In this document: in pieces, positions 48,139-56,861 of the stretch | How positions within the stretch are numbered: position 1 is the stretch's first letter | How the letters are laid out: each line of letters starts with the position of its first letter | Source: Candidatus Parvarchaeota archaeon | GTDB lineage: Archaea > Nanobdellota > Nanobdellia > Parvarchaeales > Parvarchaeaceae | Length of the DNA: 64,000 bases | Assembly (NCBI GenBank): GCA_023378805.1 | Contig: JAMCSQ010000019.1 | Span: 11,738 to 75,737, forward strand | Reading direction: 5' to 3' | Position numbers and translations under genes: made by a program | Notes under the pieces: generated by a model | Told to the model about the DNA's origin: nothing | Seen by the model: the letters and a program-made list of their open reading frames with translations, nothing else | Databases searched by the model: none

Positions 48139-48498
48139 TTAGTTGTTGCTAAGTTTTACGGCCCTTCCGTCAAAAGCCAAGGTCCTTATCTTAAGTTTAT
48201 TTGCCTTTGCTCTTAATTCCCTGTCTTCTGTAAAAAGAATCCCATTTTTATACAAACAAAAATCCAACAATGTGTTATCAGTATTTTTATTTTCGTCAAA
48301 TTCTACTACCTTTAAGCCATAAGAAAGAAAAAAGCTTTTTACATCAGATCTTTTTATATTAGTTAACTCAACTATACACTTCCTAATTGTTAAAATGGAA
48401 AAACTACTCTGAAAAAAATTATCAAGCAGCGCCTTTAAATCCAATTTATTGTCAAAACAATAAACCATAATGTTTGTGTCTATAACAACATCATTCAT
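48139..48498 (-). CDS. PIN-domain protein (COG1412-like, commonly adjacent to aIF2-gamma)
   Basis: N-terminal VVIDTNIMVYCF carries the first acidic residue of the PIN fold. 119 aa. Overlaps the aIF2-gamma stop by 8 nt. Confidence 0.55.
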   Translation of the reverse strand: MNDVVIDTNIMVYCFDNKLDLKALLDNFFQSSFSILTIRKCIVELTNIKRSDVKSFFLSYGLKVVEFDENKNTDNTLLDFCLYKNGILFTEDRELRAKANKLKIRTLAFDGRAVKLSNN

Positions 48499-49708
48499 AT
48501 ATGTTTCCTGATCCTGCTATTGTCCAAACATTATTTATTTTTCTAGATAGGATAGCTCTTTCGCCTATGAAATATGGTAAAGCTGAATTTCCTAAATTTA
48601 CAACAATCCCATTATTTGAGTAAGAAACGACTGTTCCAAGAACCTTTGAAGATAAAACATTTAAAAGAACGGTTTCATTTTTCTGCGGTGGCTTGCTGAA
48701 CTTATTAGGTATGGACTCGTATTTGATTGCTATCCTGCTTTTGAATAAAGGAACAGTATCAGCTCTTACAACTAAAGAGCCGGCTAAGTTATCTCTTCTT
48801 GCTAATGAAGGGTCTAAATCAGTTTCTAATCCTATCATCAACCCTCTTACTGCTTCTTTTTCAGGTTCAAACTCGCTTTGTATGCTTAAAACTTTGGTCT
48901 TTAAAGGCCTCCATGAATTTTTTATGTAAACGCCTGGATAAACAACCACTGCATCGTTGATTTTCAAGGAGCCAGATTTTAGTCCACCTCCTAAAACCCC
49001 TCCTTTGAGTTCATTTATGTCTGCACCGGGTCTATTAATATCAAAACTTCTTACTATTACCATTTCGGTCCTTTCTTCTTTAGAATTATCTGGAACTTCA
49101 AACTTACCTATCTCCTGTATAAGTTCTGTAATGTTTATATCCTGTGCAGCAAATACAGGTACTATTTTTGCATCTTGGTAGCCGTTCTTTGACATAAACT
49201 CCTTTATCTCATTGTAGCTTTCCTTTGCGCGGTCTTTCCCTACAACATCTATTTTTGTCTGTGCTACAACTATATTTTTAACACCTATTATTCGTAAGGC
49301 TTCTATGTGTTCCTGTGTTTGAGGTTGAGGACACTTTTGATTTGCGGCTATAACCAGAACGGCTCCGTCTACTAAAGTTGCTCCGCTTAGCATTATAGTC
49401 ATCAATGTTTTATGTCCCGGTGAGTCTATTATTGAAACCCTATAGTAAAGACTTGCATTTGAATTGCATATCTCGCACTTCTCATTCCTGCTAAATGAAC
49501 CGCATGAATCACATTTGTATATAAGAAAATGGGCATAACCAAGCCTTATTGTTATTCCTCTCTTTTTTTCTTCACTGTGTCTTAAAGTAGATTCGCTAGT
49601 AATCGCCCTTACCAAAGTCGTCTTGCCATCGGCGAAATTACCAACTACATCTATCGTTATGTCTTTAACCATTAGAAGGCGTGAATAACTGCTCCAAAGA
49701 TTTCTCAC
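48491..49708 (-). CDS. eif2g: Translation initiation factor 2 subunit gamma (aIF2-gamma); true start probably Met at 49672
   Basis: Collinear with aIF2-gamma throughout. The zinc ribbon CDSCGS...CEIC is present. G3 motif is DSPGH. Domains II and III are present. G1 reads GNFADGKTT and G4 reads QTKID, both non-canonical. Confidence 0.9.
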   Translation of the reverse strand: MRNLWSSYSRLLMVKDITIDVVGNFADGKTTLVRAITSESTLRHSEEKKRGITIRLGYAHFLIYKCDSCGSFSRNEKCEICNSNASLYYRVSIIDSPGHKTLMTIMLSGATLVDGAVLVIAANQKCPQPQTQEHIEALRIIGVKNIVVAQTKIDVVGKDRAKESYNEIKEFMSKNGYQDAKIVPVFAAQDINITELIQEIGKFEVPDNSKEERTEMVIVRSFDINRPGADINELKGGVLGGGLKSGSLKINDAVVVYPGVYIKNSWRPLKTKVLSIQSEFEPEKEAVRGLMIGLETDLDPSLARRDNLAGSLVVRADTVPLFKSRIAIKYESIPNKFSKPPQKNETVLLNVLSSKVLGTVVSYSNNGIVVNLGNSALPYFIGERAILSRKINNVWTIAGSGNIYE

Positions 49709-50042
49709 CGTACTTTGATATCTTTATGTTGATTTGAGAAGTAAATTGGCCAATCGTATTTCCTGCGATGCTCTTCCTTCTACGTATTTTCTGCTTGTTT
49801 CCTAGTCCTTTTCCTATAAGCACTTTTCTAAGACCAGAACCATCTAAATCCTTCGACATGGGCATTCCTGTCATATAGCTTCCCCCTGTTATTATCCCAG
49901 AATAACCATCTAAACCTAAAAATGAAAGCTCTAATTCTTCTCCTATTTTTTTACCGAATAACTGGTCCGACTTGTCACTTTCAAGAGTTTTATTGAATGA
50001 CTTGCCTGTTTTCCCATCATTTATTACAATCTTTATCTCCAT
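49665..50042 (-). CDS. rps6e: 30S ribosomal protein S6e
   Basis: 125 aa. N-terminus MEIKIVINDGKTGKSFNKTLESDKSDQLFGKKIGEELE. Ends with the KIRRRKSIAGN block of the archaeal S6e pattern. Confidence 0.85.
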   Translation of the reverse strand: MEIKIVINDGKTGKSFNKTLESDKSDQLFGKKIGEELELSFLGLDGYSGIITGGSYMTGMPMSKDLDGSGLRKVLIGKGLGNKQKIRRRKSIAGNTIGQFTSQINIKISKYGEKSLEQLFTPSNG

Positions 50043-50126
50043 AGACTTTATTAGATATGACTATTATTTATAAATAGCTTTGCATTAGAATAAATAACTT
50101 ATTAAACTAAAAAACTATAAGGTAAG

Positions 50127-50819
50127 ATGGAAATGATCTTTGTTGAATCCAGATTCAGGGGAAAGCTTAGCGATGAATTTATTAAAAGAATTTATAACGA
50201 AATAAAACCCTATAAAAAGATAAATCTTGTGGCTGCAATACAGTTCATAGACCAAATGAATGATTTTAAGAATAGGATAAAAGACAAGGAGTTCGTAGTT
50301 AAACAGTCGCTTTACAGAGCTATGTACCCGGGTCAGATATTGGGCTGTGACGTTTATGCTGCAGACTGCGAAGACTGCGATGCGACTCTGGCTTTTGAGC
50401 AAGGCATGTTTCACGTACTCGGTATACCTCTTAAATATGGAAAGGCGGTAATCACTGCAGATCCTGAAACAGAAAATATAGAAATAATAGACGCAGAGGT
50501 AGCTGATAAATATCGAAAAAGGATAATGCAGGGGATAGGGGCAGTATTGACCGCAAAAAAAGTTATGTTTGTTGAGTCTACAAAGGCCGGCCAGACTTAT
50601 GGCTCGAAACTTTTGAAGGAAAAACTAAGAAAAGATGGCAAGCAGGTTTATTTCGTTGTTGCAGATGAAATAAATTTTGATAGACTAAATGAATTCAGGG
50701 AAATAGATGTTTTCATAAGTACAGCCTGCCAAAGGATAGCAATAGATGACATGAACAAGGTTAAAAAGCCAATGATAAATGCAGAGGATCTTGAAAGTTA
50801 TCTTAGAGAAAACAAATGA
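50127..50819 (+). CDS. dph2: Dph2-like protein (diphthamide synthesis 2-(3-amino-3-carboxypropyl)histidine synthase homologue), lacking domain 1
   Basis: YPGQILGCDVY aligns with the conserved WPGQVLGCN motif of Dph2 domain 2. FISTACQRIAIDD aligns with the ACPRxxxDD motif of domain 3. At only 230 aa, there is no room for the N-terminal domain. Confidence 0.55.
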   Translation: MEMIFVESRFRGKLSDEFIKRIYNEIKPYKKINLVAAIQFIDQMNDFKNRIKDKEFVVKQSLYRAMYPGQILGCDVYAADCEDCDATLAFEQGMFHVLGIPLKYGKAVITADPETENIEIIDAEVADKYRKRIMQGIGAVLTAKKVMFVESTKAGQTYGSKLLKEKLRKDGKQVYFVVADEINFDRLNEFREIDVFISTACQRIAIDDMNKVKKPMINAEDLESYLRENK

Positions 50820-50852
50820 AATGCATTTAAATAGCTGGGTCCATAGATTTTT

Positions 50853-51779
50853 ATGAAGGCTATAGTTACAGGAGGGGCTGGATTTATAGGCTCGCATATT
50901 ACTGAAAAGCTTGTAAATGAAGGTTATTCAGTTTCTGTAATTGATTCTTTAAACACTGGCGATAAAAATAACCTTAAAGCTGTATCAGATAAAATTAAAT
51001 TTATAAAGGGGAACTCGTCACAGATATCAAAACTGGAAAAATCAGATATAATCTTCCATGAAGGAATATACTCCTCAACGCCGATGTACAGAAAAGACAA
51101 TACATTGGTCGGAAAAGCTATCTCCGAATTTATAGCTGTTTTAAATTACTGTGTAAAGAACAAATGCAAGCTTGTTTTTGCCTCCAGTTCATCTATATAC
51201 AATGGTTATCCTCCTCCGCATAATGAAGAGATGGTGCCTAAAGTAAAGGATTTCTATACGGAAGCAAGATACTCAATGGAAAGACTTGCAGAGCTTTTCA
51301 ATCAGATGTACGGATTGGAGTACTGTGGATTAAGGTACTTCAGTGTGTACGGTGACAGAGAAGAAAGCAAAAAAGAGTTCGCTAATATGGTTTCACAGAT
51401 AATATGGAAAGGGCTGCTTAACAAAGAACTTGTAATATACGGTGATGGCACTCAAAGAAGGGATCTTACGAATGTTGCAGACGTTGTATCTGCTAATTTG
51501 CTTGCTGCCAGAAGCAAGGAAAACGGAATATTTAATGTAGGTACTGGTATATCCTATTCATTTAATGAAATAATAGAAGAAATTGAAAAAGCTATGGGTA
51601 AAAAAATAAAGACAAAGAAAATAGAAAACCCTCTGAAAAATTACGTTGATATAGTGCATGCAGATACAAAAAAAAGCATGGAAAAACTTGGTTTTTCCGC
51701 AAAAATAAAACTAGAAGAGGGGATAAATGCTGCTTTGGATTATTACCGAAAACTCAAAAAAGTCCCGGATATTTTCTAA
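50853..51779 (+). CDS. NAD-dependent epimerase/dehydratase family protein (UDP-sugar 4-epimerase-like)
   Basis: Rossmann motif MKAIVTGGAGFIGSH. The active-site region is SSSSIY...YTEARYSMERL. 308 aa. Confidence 0.8.
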   Translation: MKAIVTGGAGFIGSHITEKLVNEGYSVSVIDSLNTGDKNNLKAVSDKIKFIKGNSSQISKLEKSDIIFHEGIYSSTPMYRKDNTLVGKAISEFIAVLNYCVKNKCKLVFASSSSIYNGYPPPHNEEMVPKVKDFYTEARYSMERLAELFNQMYGLEYCGLRYFSVYGDREESKKEFANMVSQIIWKGLLNKELVIYGDGTQRRDLTNVADVVSANLLAARSKENGIFNVGTGISYSFNEIIEEIEKAMGKKIKTKKIENPLKNYVDIVHADTKKSMEKLGFSAKIKLEEGINAALDYYRKLKKVPDIF

Positions 51780-51781
51780 TT

Positions 51782-52690
51782 TTACAGTAATTTTATTCTG
51801 CCGACGACTCTGTTCCTCCCTATAGAAAGACTAGGATCTGCTAAAAGATAAATCCCTTTTATTTCTGCTATCTTCTTGTTAAAATGTGCTTTTACACTAC
51901 TACCGTCTCTTGAAAGACTAAGGCTTAAAGACTCTCCAAAAAATAAGCATGAAAGTTGCTTCGAAAATGGATCATCTTTATAAAAAGGAGAAAGAGTTAA
52001 TTCTACTTCTATGGTATCGTTTACTTTGCCTATTGAGGATAAGGCATAATTATTTGAAAGATCCTGCTCAGAAACATTATTCAAAGCAAGCCCGACATGA
52101 GAACCTGCTTCTGCAGAATCGCTGTCCACATCCATTATCTGTATGCTTTTTATGCTGCACTGTTTCAATGAAGGCATAAGAAGAACCTTTTCTCCTTTTT
52201 TTATCTGCTGACCCAAAACAAAACCTATTATAACGGAGCCTATCCCCTTGACTATAAAATGCTTGTCTATTGAAACATACTTAAAATCCCTATCTTTTTC
52301 CTTTGGTCTTTCTATAAACATTGAACTTAAATCCGATTTTTTGAACTTTCCTATTTTGTATTTATCAAAGAACCTATCAAAAGAAGTAATGTCAGAATAG
52401 TCATCTTTAAGTATTAAACCTTCTTCTATGTCAGAGTTTTCAATGCAAAGCGCAAGTTCTGCATCCAATGCATTTATTTCACTTCCTACAAAGAAATAAA
52501 CGTAATCTGAAACTGAAAGGATATAGAGAATTGAAAGCAGAGACTTAGGAAAGTCTATTGAATAAAGAATTAAATTACCGGTTTTATCCAGCGCTATCTG
52601 AACATTGTTTATAATATCTAGTTTTTTTGATATTAACCCTTTCATCTTTTCTTCTTCTATCGGCTTGGCTGACAGCAACGCGATTATCAT
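51782..52690 (-). CDS. EF-Tu/SelB-type domain II + III protein with degenerate (P-loop-less) N-terminal domain
   Basis: The C-terminal 160 aa match the translational-GTPase beta-barrel domains. Domain II reads KGIGSVIIGFVLGQQIKKGEKVLLMPS...SIKSIQ...AEAGSHVGLAL. Domain III ends RVVGRIKL. The N-terminal 140 aa have no GxxxxGK[ST], DxxG or NKxD. Confidence 0.45.
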   Translation of the reverse strand: MIIALLSAKPIEEEKMKGLISKKLDIINNVQIALDKTGNLILYSIDFPKSLLSILYILSVSDYVYFFVGSEINALDAELALCIENSDIEEGLILKDDYSDITSFDRFFDKYKIGKFKKSDLSSMFIERPKEKDRDFKYVSIDKHFIVKGIGSVIIGFVLGQQIKKGEKVLLMPSLKQCSIKSIQIMDVDSDSAEAGSHVGLALNNVSEQDLSNNYALSSIGKVNDTIEVELTLSPFYKDDPFSKQLSCLFFGESLSLSLSRDGSSVKAHFNKKIAEIKGIYLLADPSLSIGRNRVVGRIKLL

Positions 52691-52737
52691 GAGTAGTTTA
52701 ATTCTTTTTGTCTTTTAAAAATTATACCTTTTCCTTT

Positions 52738-53487
52738 TTATTCCGGTTTTCTAGCAATTATTACCATTCTGGATTTATTGAAATATCCATTTTCTGCATC
52801 GTATCCAAAAACATCCTTAAAATAGCTAATATTGTCATTAAGTATCCTTTTTGCTTTTCTTCCATCTACACTATTTTCGCTTATAGGTGATAACCAAGAT
52901 TGAAAGGTTTCCTTCATTTCGAATGTCTTAAAATTATCAACCTGAAAGGCGTTTTCTTTTAATATCTTAAACCAGTAATCCAATGATTCAGAGCCAGTAT
53001 AACTTGTATCCCTTGCCTTCTCAAATTTATTGAATAAATTCCTTTTGTCACCCATCGGCTTCAACAAATCAGTTATTCCAAACTTTCCTCCCTTTTTAAG
53101 GACTCTCCAAACTTCTTCTATGAACATTTTCTTGTCTTTTATGTGATGTGCTACTCTTCTACAAGATACTACATCAAAAACATTGTCTGGAAAAGGTAGG
53201 GATAAAGCATTACCTTTTACAAATATTATATTACTTTTATTATCTTCCGCCTTTTTAACTGCAATATCAAGCATCTGTTCGTTCATGTCCAAACCTACAG
53301 AAACTGTTACTTTATCTGACATTTCAAAAGCAACAAATCCGGGGCCAGTACCGACATCTAATGCTTTATAATTTTTCTTCAGATCCAACATAGAAATAAG
53401 CAAATCTAAATCTTTTCCATGCATGTGACTCTCACTGCTAGCGTACTCTTTTGCGTGCCTGCTAAAAAAACCCTGTAAAGACTGCAT
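52738..53487 (-). CDS. Class I SAM-dependent methyltransferase (UbiE/COQ5-like)
   Basis: Motif I ALDVGTGPGFVAFEM. Post-I acidic residue at GLDMNE. Motif II IFVKGNALSLPFPDNVFDVV. Confidence 0.85.
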   Translation of the reverse strand: MQSLQGFFSRHAKEYASSESHMHGKDLDLLISMLDLKKNYKALDVGTGPGFVAFEMSDKVTVSVGLDMNEQMLDIAVKKAEDNKSNIIFVKGNALSLPFPDNVFDVVSCRRVAHHIKDKKMFIEEVWRVLKKGGKFGITDLLKPMGDKRNLFNKFEKARDTSYTGSESLDYWFKILKENAFQVDNFKTFEMKETFQSWLSPISENSVDGRKAKRILNDNISYFKDVFGYDAENGYFNKSRMVIIARKPE

Positions 53488-54034
53488 AATATTAGATATA
53501 ACCCACGAATTAATATCTTTATATAAAACTTAGGCGTGTGCATAATTCTTTATTCTAGCCTTGCTTACTATAATGATATTGTGTCTAATAAGCAATAAAA
53601 CCTGAGAAAGCGCATGAAGAAAAATTTAGAAATGCTATTTTAATTGGTTTTATTACTTAACGGCCGTTCTAATATCTCCTTTCATTGACTTAAGCTATAA
53701 TGAAAGAGAAGCAAGGGACTAAATAAATTGCATAAGATAGTAACTCACTATTTACTTACTTTATTTTAATCAAATCCATGCAGCTATCCAATTTAGAACC
53801 TCGAGTTCTCGAGCTTTTTCTTCTTTTTAACGTATCACTAATTAGTGAGTTTTCTCACAGATGAATCCGAGATAACTCCTACTTTACTCTTAGAAGACTA
53901 ATAGATAAAGCCCATATAAATTAGATATTGATTTTGAATTATTTAGGCATGAATTATGCAAAGTATATACTTTTTTATACATCTGGGTAAGGAGTAAAAT
54001 TAAGAGGGAGATATACTATACCCATAGTTAAAAA

Positions 54035-54108
54035 TGGGCTCGACGGGATTTGAACCCGCAACAATCCGGTTAAGAGCCGGATGCTCTACCGAGTTAAGCT
54101 ACGAGCCC
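54035..54108 (-). tRNA. tRNA-Lys (anticodon CUU)
   Basis: The reverse complement folds as a cloverleaf: acceptor GGGCUCG/CGAGCCC, anticodon stem UCCGG/CCGGA, loop CUCUUAA with anticodon CUU, T-arm GCGGG-UUCAAAU-CCCGU. Discriminator is A. CCA is not encoded. Confidence 0.85.
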
Positions 54109-54164
54109 AGTTAACAAATCATTTAATTATATCAACAATAAAAATGTTTATTTCTATATAATAC

Positions 54165-54746
54165 CTACATTTTCGTGATAAATGAGTGATTCACTAAATA
54201 ACATTCAATATTATTTATATCTAGATTATTTAATATATACCGTATATTTTCTTCCTTATCCTCAAATAGAGATAAATGATTATATTTATCACTGAGTTTT
54301 TTTATTTCTAATAATTTCCATTCTTCGTCTTTTAATTCATGATTTTTGGGTAGTATTACCAGTTTATAATTTAAATTGTATGCATTTAGAAGCTCTTCAG
54401 TTTCTTTTCTAAATTCCTCGCCTCTTGCACTTAAAATTATAAGTTCTGATCCCTGTTTAACGCACTCATTTAAATAATTTATAAGAGGTTTGTTTGGATA
54501 CAGCTCTTCGCAATATTTTACATAGGCTAAAGTATACAAATCAGTTTTCCATTTTTTGTTGAAACCTTTTGCTACTTTACCTTCTTCCATTGTAATTTCC
54601 AAGTCACTTAAAAGTTTGTAATCTTGACTGGTATCTTTGCTTTTTATTAAATTATCGTATAAATCTTTAGCGGCATGAATTAACGCCTTTTTATTGAAAA
54701 AAATGGTATCATCAAAATCTGACACTATGGCAGATAATTTTTTCAT
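54165..54746 (-). CDS. HAD-superfamily hydrolase/phosphatase
   Basis: Motif I DFDDTIF matches DxDxT. Motif II LILSARGEE carries the S/T position. C-terminal acidic residues are present. Confidence 0.5.
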   Translation of the reverse strand: MKKLSAIVSDFDDTIFFNKKALIHAAKDLYDNLIKSKDTSQDYKLLSDLEITMEEGKVAKGFNKKWKTDLYTLAYVKYCEELYPNKPLINYLNECVKQGSELIILSARGEEFRKETEELLNAYNLNYKLVILPKNHELKDEEWKLLEIKKLSDKYNHLSLFEDKEENIRYILNNLDINNIECYLVNHSFITKM

Positions 54747-54800
54747 ATTATTATAAGAAAGTGATAATTTAAATAATAAATATTACTTAAAAAGTTGTAA

Positions 54801-54873
54801 GGGCCTATGGTCTAGTGGTTATGACGTCTGCCTTACACGCAGAAGGCCGGGAGTTCGAACCTCCCTGGGCCCA
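54801..54873 (+). tRNA. tRNA-Val (anticodon UAC)
   Basis: Acceptor GGGCCUA/UGGGCCC has one G-U pair. Anticodon stem UCUGC/GCAGA, loop CUUACAC with anticodon UAC. T-arm GGGAG-UUCGAAC-CUCCC. Discriminator is A. Confidence 0.85.
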
Positions 54874-54881
54874 CTATTGAC

Positions 54882-55157
54882 ATGGTAGACAAGATAAAAT
54901 GTGCACATATACTGGTAAAAAAGCAATCTGTTGCTTACAGTATACTCGAAAGAATAAATAAAGGAGAGAGCTTTTCAAAGCTTGCAGAACAATTCTCGAT
55001 TGACAGCTCAAGAAGAAGAGGGGGAGAACTGGGTTACTTTGGCAGAGGCGTTATGGTAAAGGAGTTTGAAAAAGCGGCCTTTTCATTAAATAAAGGACAG
55101 ATTTCCCAGCCTGTAAAAACGCAGTTCGGCTATCATATAATTAAAAGACTGGATTAA
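54882..55157 (+). CDS. Parvulin-type (PpiC) peptidyl-prolyl cis-trans isomerase
   Basis: 91 aa. HILVK...GGELGYFGRG...FGYHIIK carries the Par10-like catalytic His, Gly-rich loop and second His. Confidence 0.85.
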   Translation: MVDKIKCAHILVKKQSVAYSILERINKGESFSKLAEQFSIDSSRRRGGELGYFGRGVMVKEFEKAAFSLNKGQISQPVKTQFGYHIIKRLD

Positions 55158-55618
55158 TTGGATAAGAATCTGCTTCCGAACAGGGAAAATAACATTTTTT
55201 TGTATTCCTCTAAAAGAGCTGAATCAATATAATCTGTCATAAAATTTAAAGTCTCTTTACTTGTTTCAATTTCTATTTTCATTAAAGTTATATTGTCAGA
55301 AAGCAACCTGAACTTTTTTATATCTAAATAGTTCACTACCAGATATGACAATTTGTTTAGATAATCATAATCGATAGTTTCAGAGCAAGTTTTATCCATA
55401 TTTTCTTTAAAATTGGATAATACCGCGGAGGGAGTACTTGCATCTATAACCGCGCCGCTTGCAGGCCACATCCCTATTGGAGATTCCGAAAGTATACTAT
55501 CGACCTTTGAATCCTCTACTAAAAACATATCAGATGAACTAAAAAAAATATAAAGTAGCTTGCTATTTTTAGACATACCTGAAATGTTTGGTATTATACC
55601 TTGTATGAAAGATTTCAT
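55154..55618 (-). CDS. Hypothetical protein
   Basis: 154 aa. No motif recognised. Overlaps the parvulin stop by 4 nt. Confidence 0.3.
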   Translation of the reverse strand: MKSFIQGIIPNISGMSKNSKLLYIFFSSSDMFLVEDSKVDSILSESPIGMWPASGAVIDASTPSAVLSNFKENMDKTCSETIDYDYLNKLSYLVVNYLDIKKFRLLSDNITLMKIEIETSKETLNFMTDYIDSALLEEYKKMLFSLFGSRFLSN

Positions 55619-55914
55619 CTATATATTAAGAGTTATATTATAATAAATCTTACATAACGCCGTGAAAATTTAGTGGTATAAGTTTATGATGTAAACGCCA
55701 AAATTATCGAGTAACAGAAAAAGGCAGTTAAACTGTATGAATTTGGTCCTCCAAATATCCTCTTAAGTTTAACTCCTGCTCTATTGAATGTTTCATAGCC
55801 ATGAAATTATTCTTCAATATATTTAAGCGATGAAATATTTATTTTAAAACGTTTTATCAGCATATAACTTATACGATATAAATATTAATATTAGATTAAA
55901 TCCTTAAATTAAAC

Positions 55915-56223
55915 ATGATAAATGTAGGAATGTACTACAATGTTAAGAAAGGGCATGAGAAAGAATTTGAAGATACTTTTCAAAAAGTAGTTGAATATTT
56001 AAAAAACAATATAAATGGTTTTGAAAAGGCGGGTATATACAAAAAAGTTGGAGAGGAAAACAGCGCAACAGAATATATGATATACAGCGAATGGAAAGAC
56101 ACGAATTCATTCCGAGAGTTTACAACTGCTAAAGCATTCCATGAAACCACTGAATATGGAAAAAACATAATAGAAGGCAGACCTTACCATAAGATATTCA
56201 ATGAAGTAAAGGAGGAAAATTAA
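55915..56223 (+). CDS. ABM-domain (antibiotic-biosynthesis-monooxygenase / stress-responsive alpha+beta barrel) protein
   Basis: 102 aa. Ferredoxin-like beta-alpha-beta-beta pattern, with the conserved YMIYSEWKDTNSFREFTTAKAFHE block typical of ABM monooxygenases. Confidence 0.45.
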   Translation: MINVGMYYNVKKGHEKEFEDTFQKVVEYLKNNINGFEKAGIYKKVGEENSATEYMIYSEWKDTNSFREFTTAKAFHETTEYGKNIIEGRPYHKIFNEVKEEN

Positions 56224-56861
56224 ACATTTTCCACTTTTTTGCCTACAAAAACAGGACTCTCTACTATTATCCAGTTCCTTGCCTCTGCCTTTCTCAAATC
56301 CCTTGCAACTTTCATCCATTTTACAAGGGATTCAACCTCATACATAACAAGGAATTCATGGTCATCAATAGCAAATGAATAAGTTGTATATGACCTTATA
56401 TTTTCATTGTTTGAATCGCTTACTGCCAGGTTTACATGCTCTTTTGTTATTCTGTTCTGCTCTTTCTCCTCAAGTAAATACCATTTTGGATCTTTCTTTA
56501 CAGGATAAGCAACAAAGTACTTTAACCTGCTGTCTTCTTTCATATAACTGGCATTCGGATGCTCATAAATTGAAAGATAGCTGTATGTTTCATTTAGAAC
56601 ATTACCAAAAAGTTCGATTAGGTTTTGTTTAAATGAAAGGAGAATATCAAAGGATCCTGCAATATTAAAAAGTATTAGATCTACATTACGTTTTATGGAA
56701 AAGTACTGCCTAGAAATAAACATTCCTTCATTTGCTGTTTTCTTAGCAAGCTCATTTATCCGTTCAGTCAACTCTTTTCTGCTTATTTCCCCGTCATTCA
56801 AACAAAGCTTGAAGCAGTGCAGTGAAACAAAAAGTTCTTCCATTTTAAACCTTCCTACCAT
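56220..56861 (-). CDS. Chlorite-dismutase-family protein (Cld/HemQ-like coproheme decarboxylase fold), tentative
   Basis: The C-terminal TYSFAIDDHEFLVMYEVESLVKWMKVARDLRKAEARNWI matches the Cld-family end. That end is T-x-SFG/A-x-DD-x-EF, then the distal-Arg LR-x-xEAR region. 213 aa. Confidence 0.5.
   Translation of the reverse strand: MVGRFKMEELFVSLHCFKLCLNDGEISRKELTERINELAKKTANEGMFISRQYFSIKRNVDLILFNIAGSFDILLSFKQNLIELFGNVLNETYSYLSIYEHPNASYMKEDSRLKYFVAYPVKKDPKWYLLEEKEQNRITKEHVNLAVSDSNNENIRSYTTYSFAIDDHEFLVMYEVESLVKWMKVARDLRKAEARNWIIVESPVFVGKKVENV

Noticed and set aside
53790-53830. CTCGAG-TT-CTCGAG palindromic repeat as a defined regulatory site or att core
   Set aside because: It is too short to assign. 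There is no second copy in the window and no integrase. It is kept only as a note inside the spacer finding.
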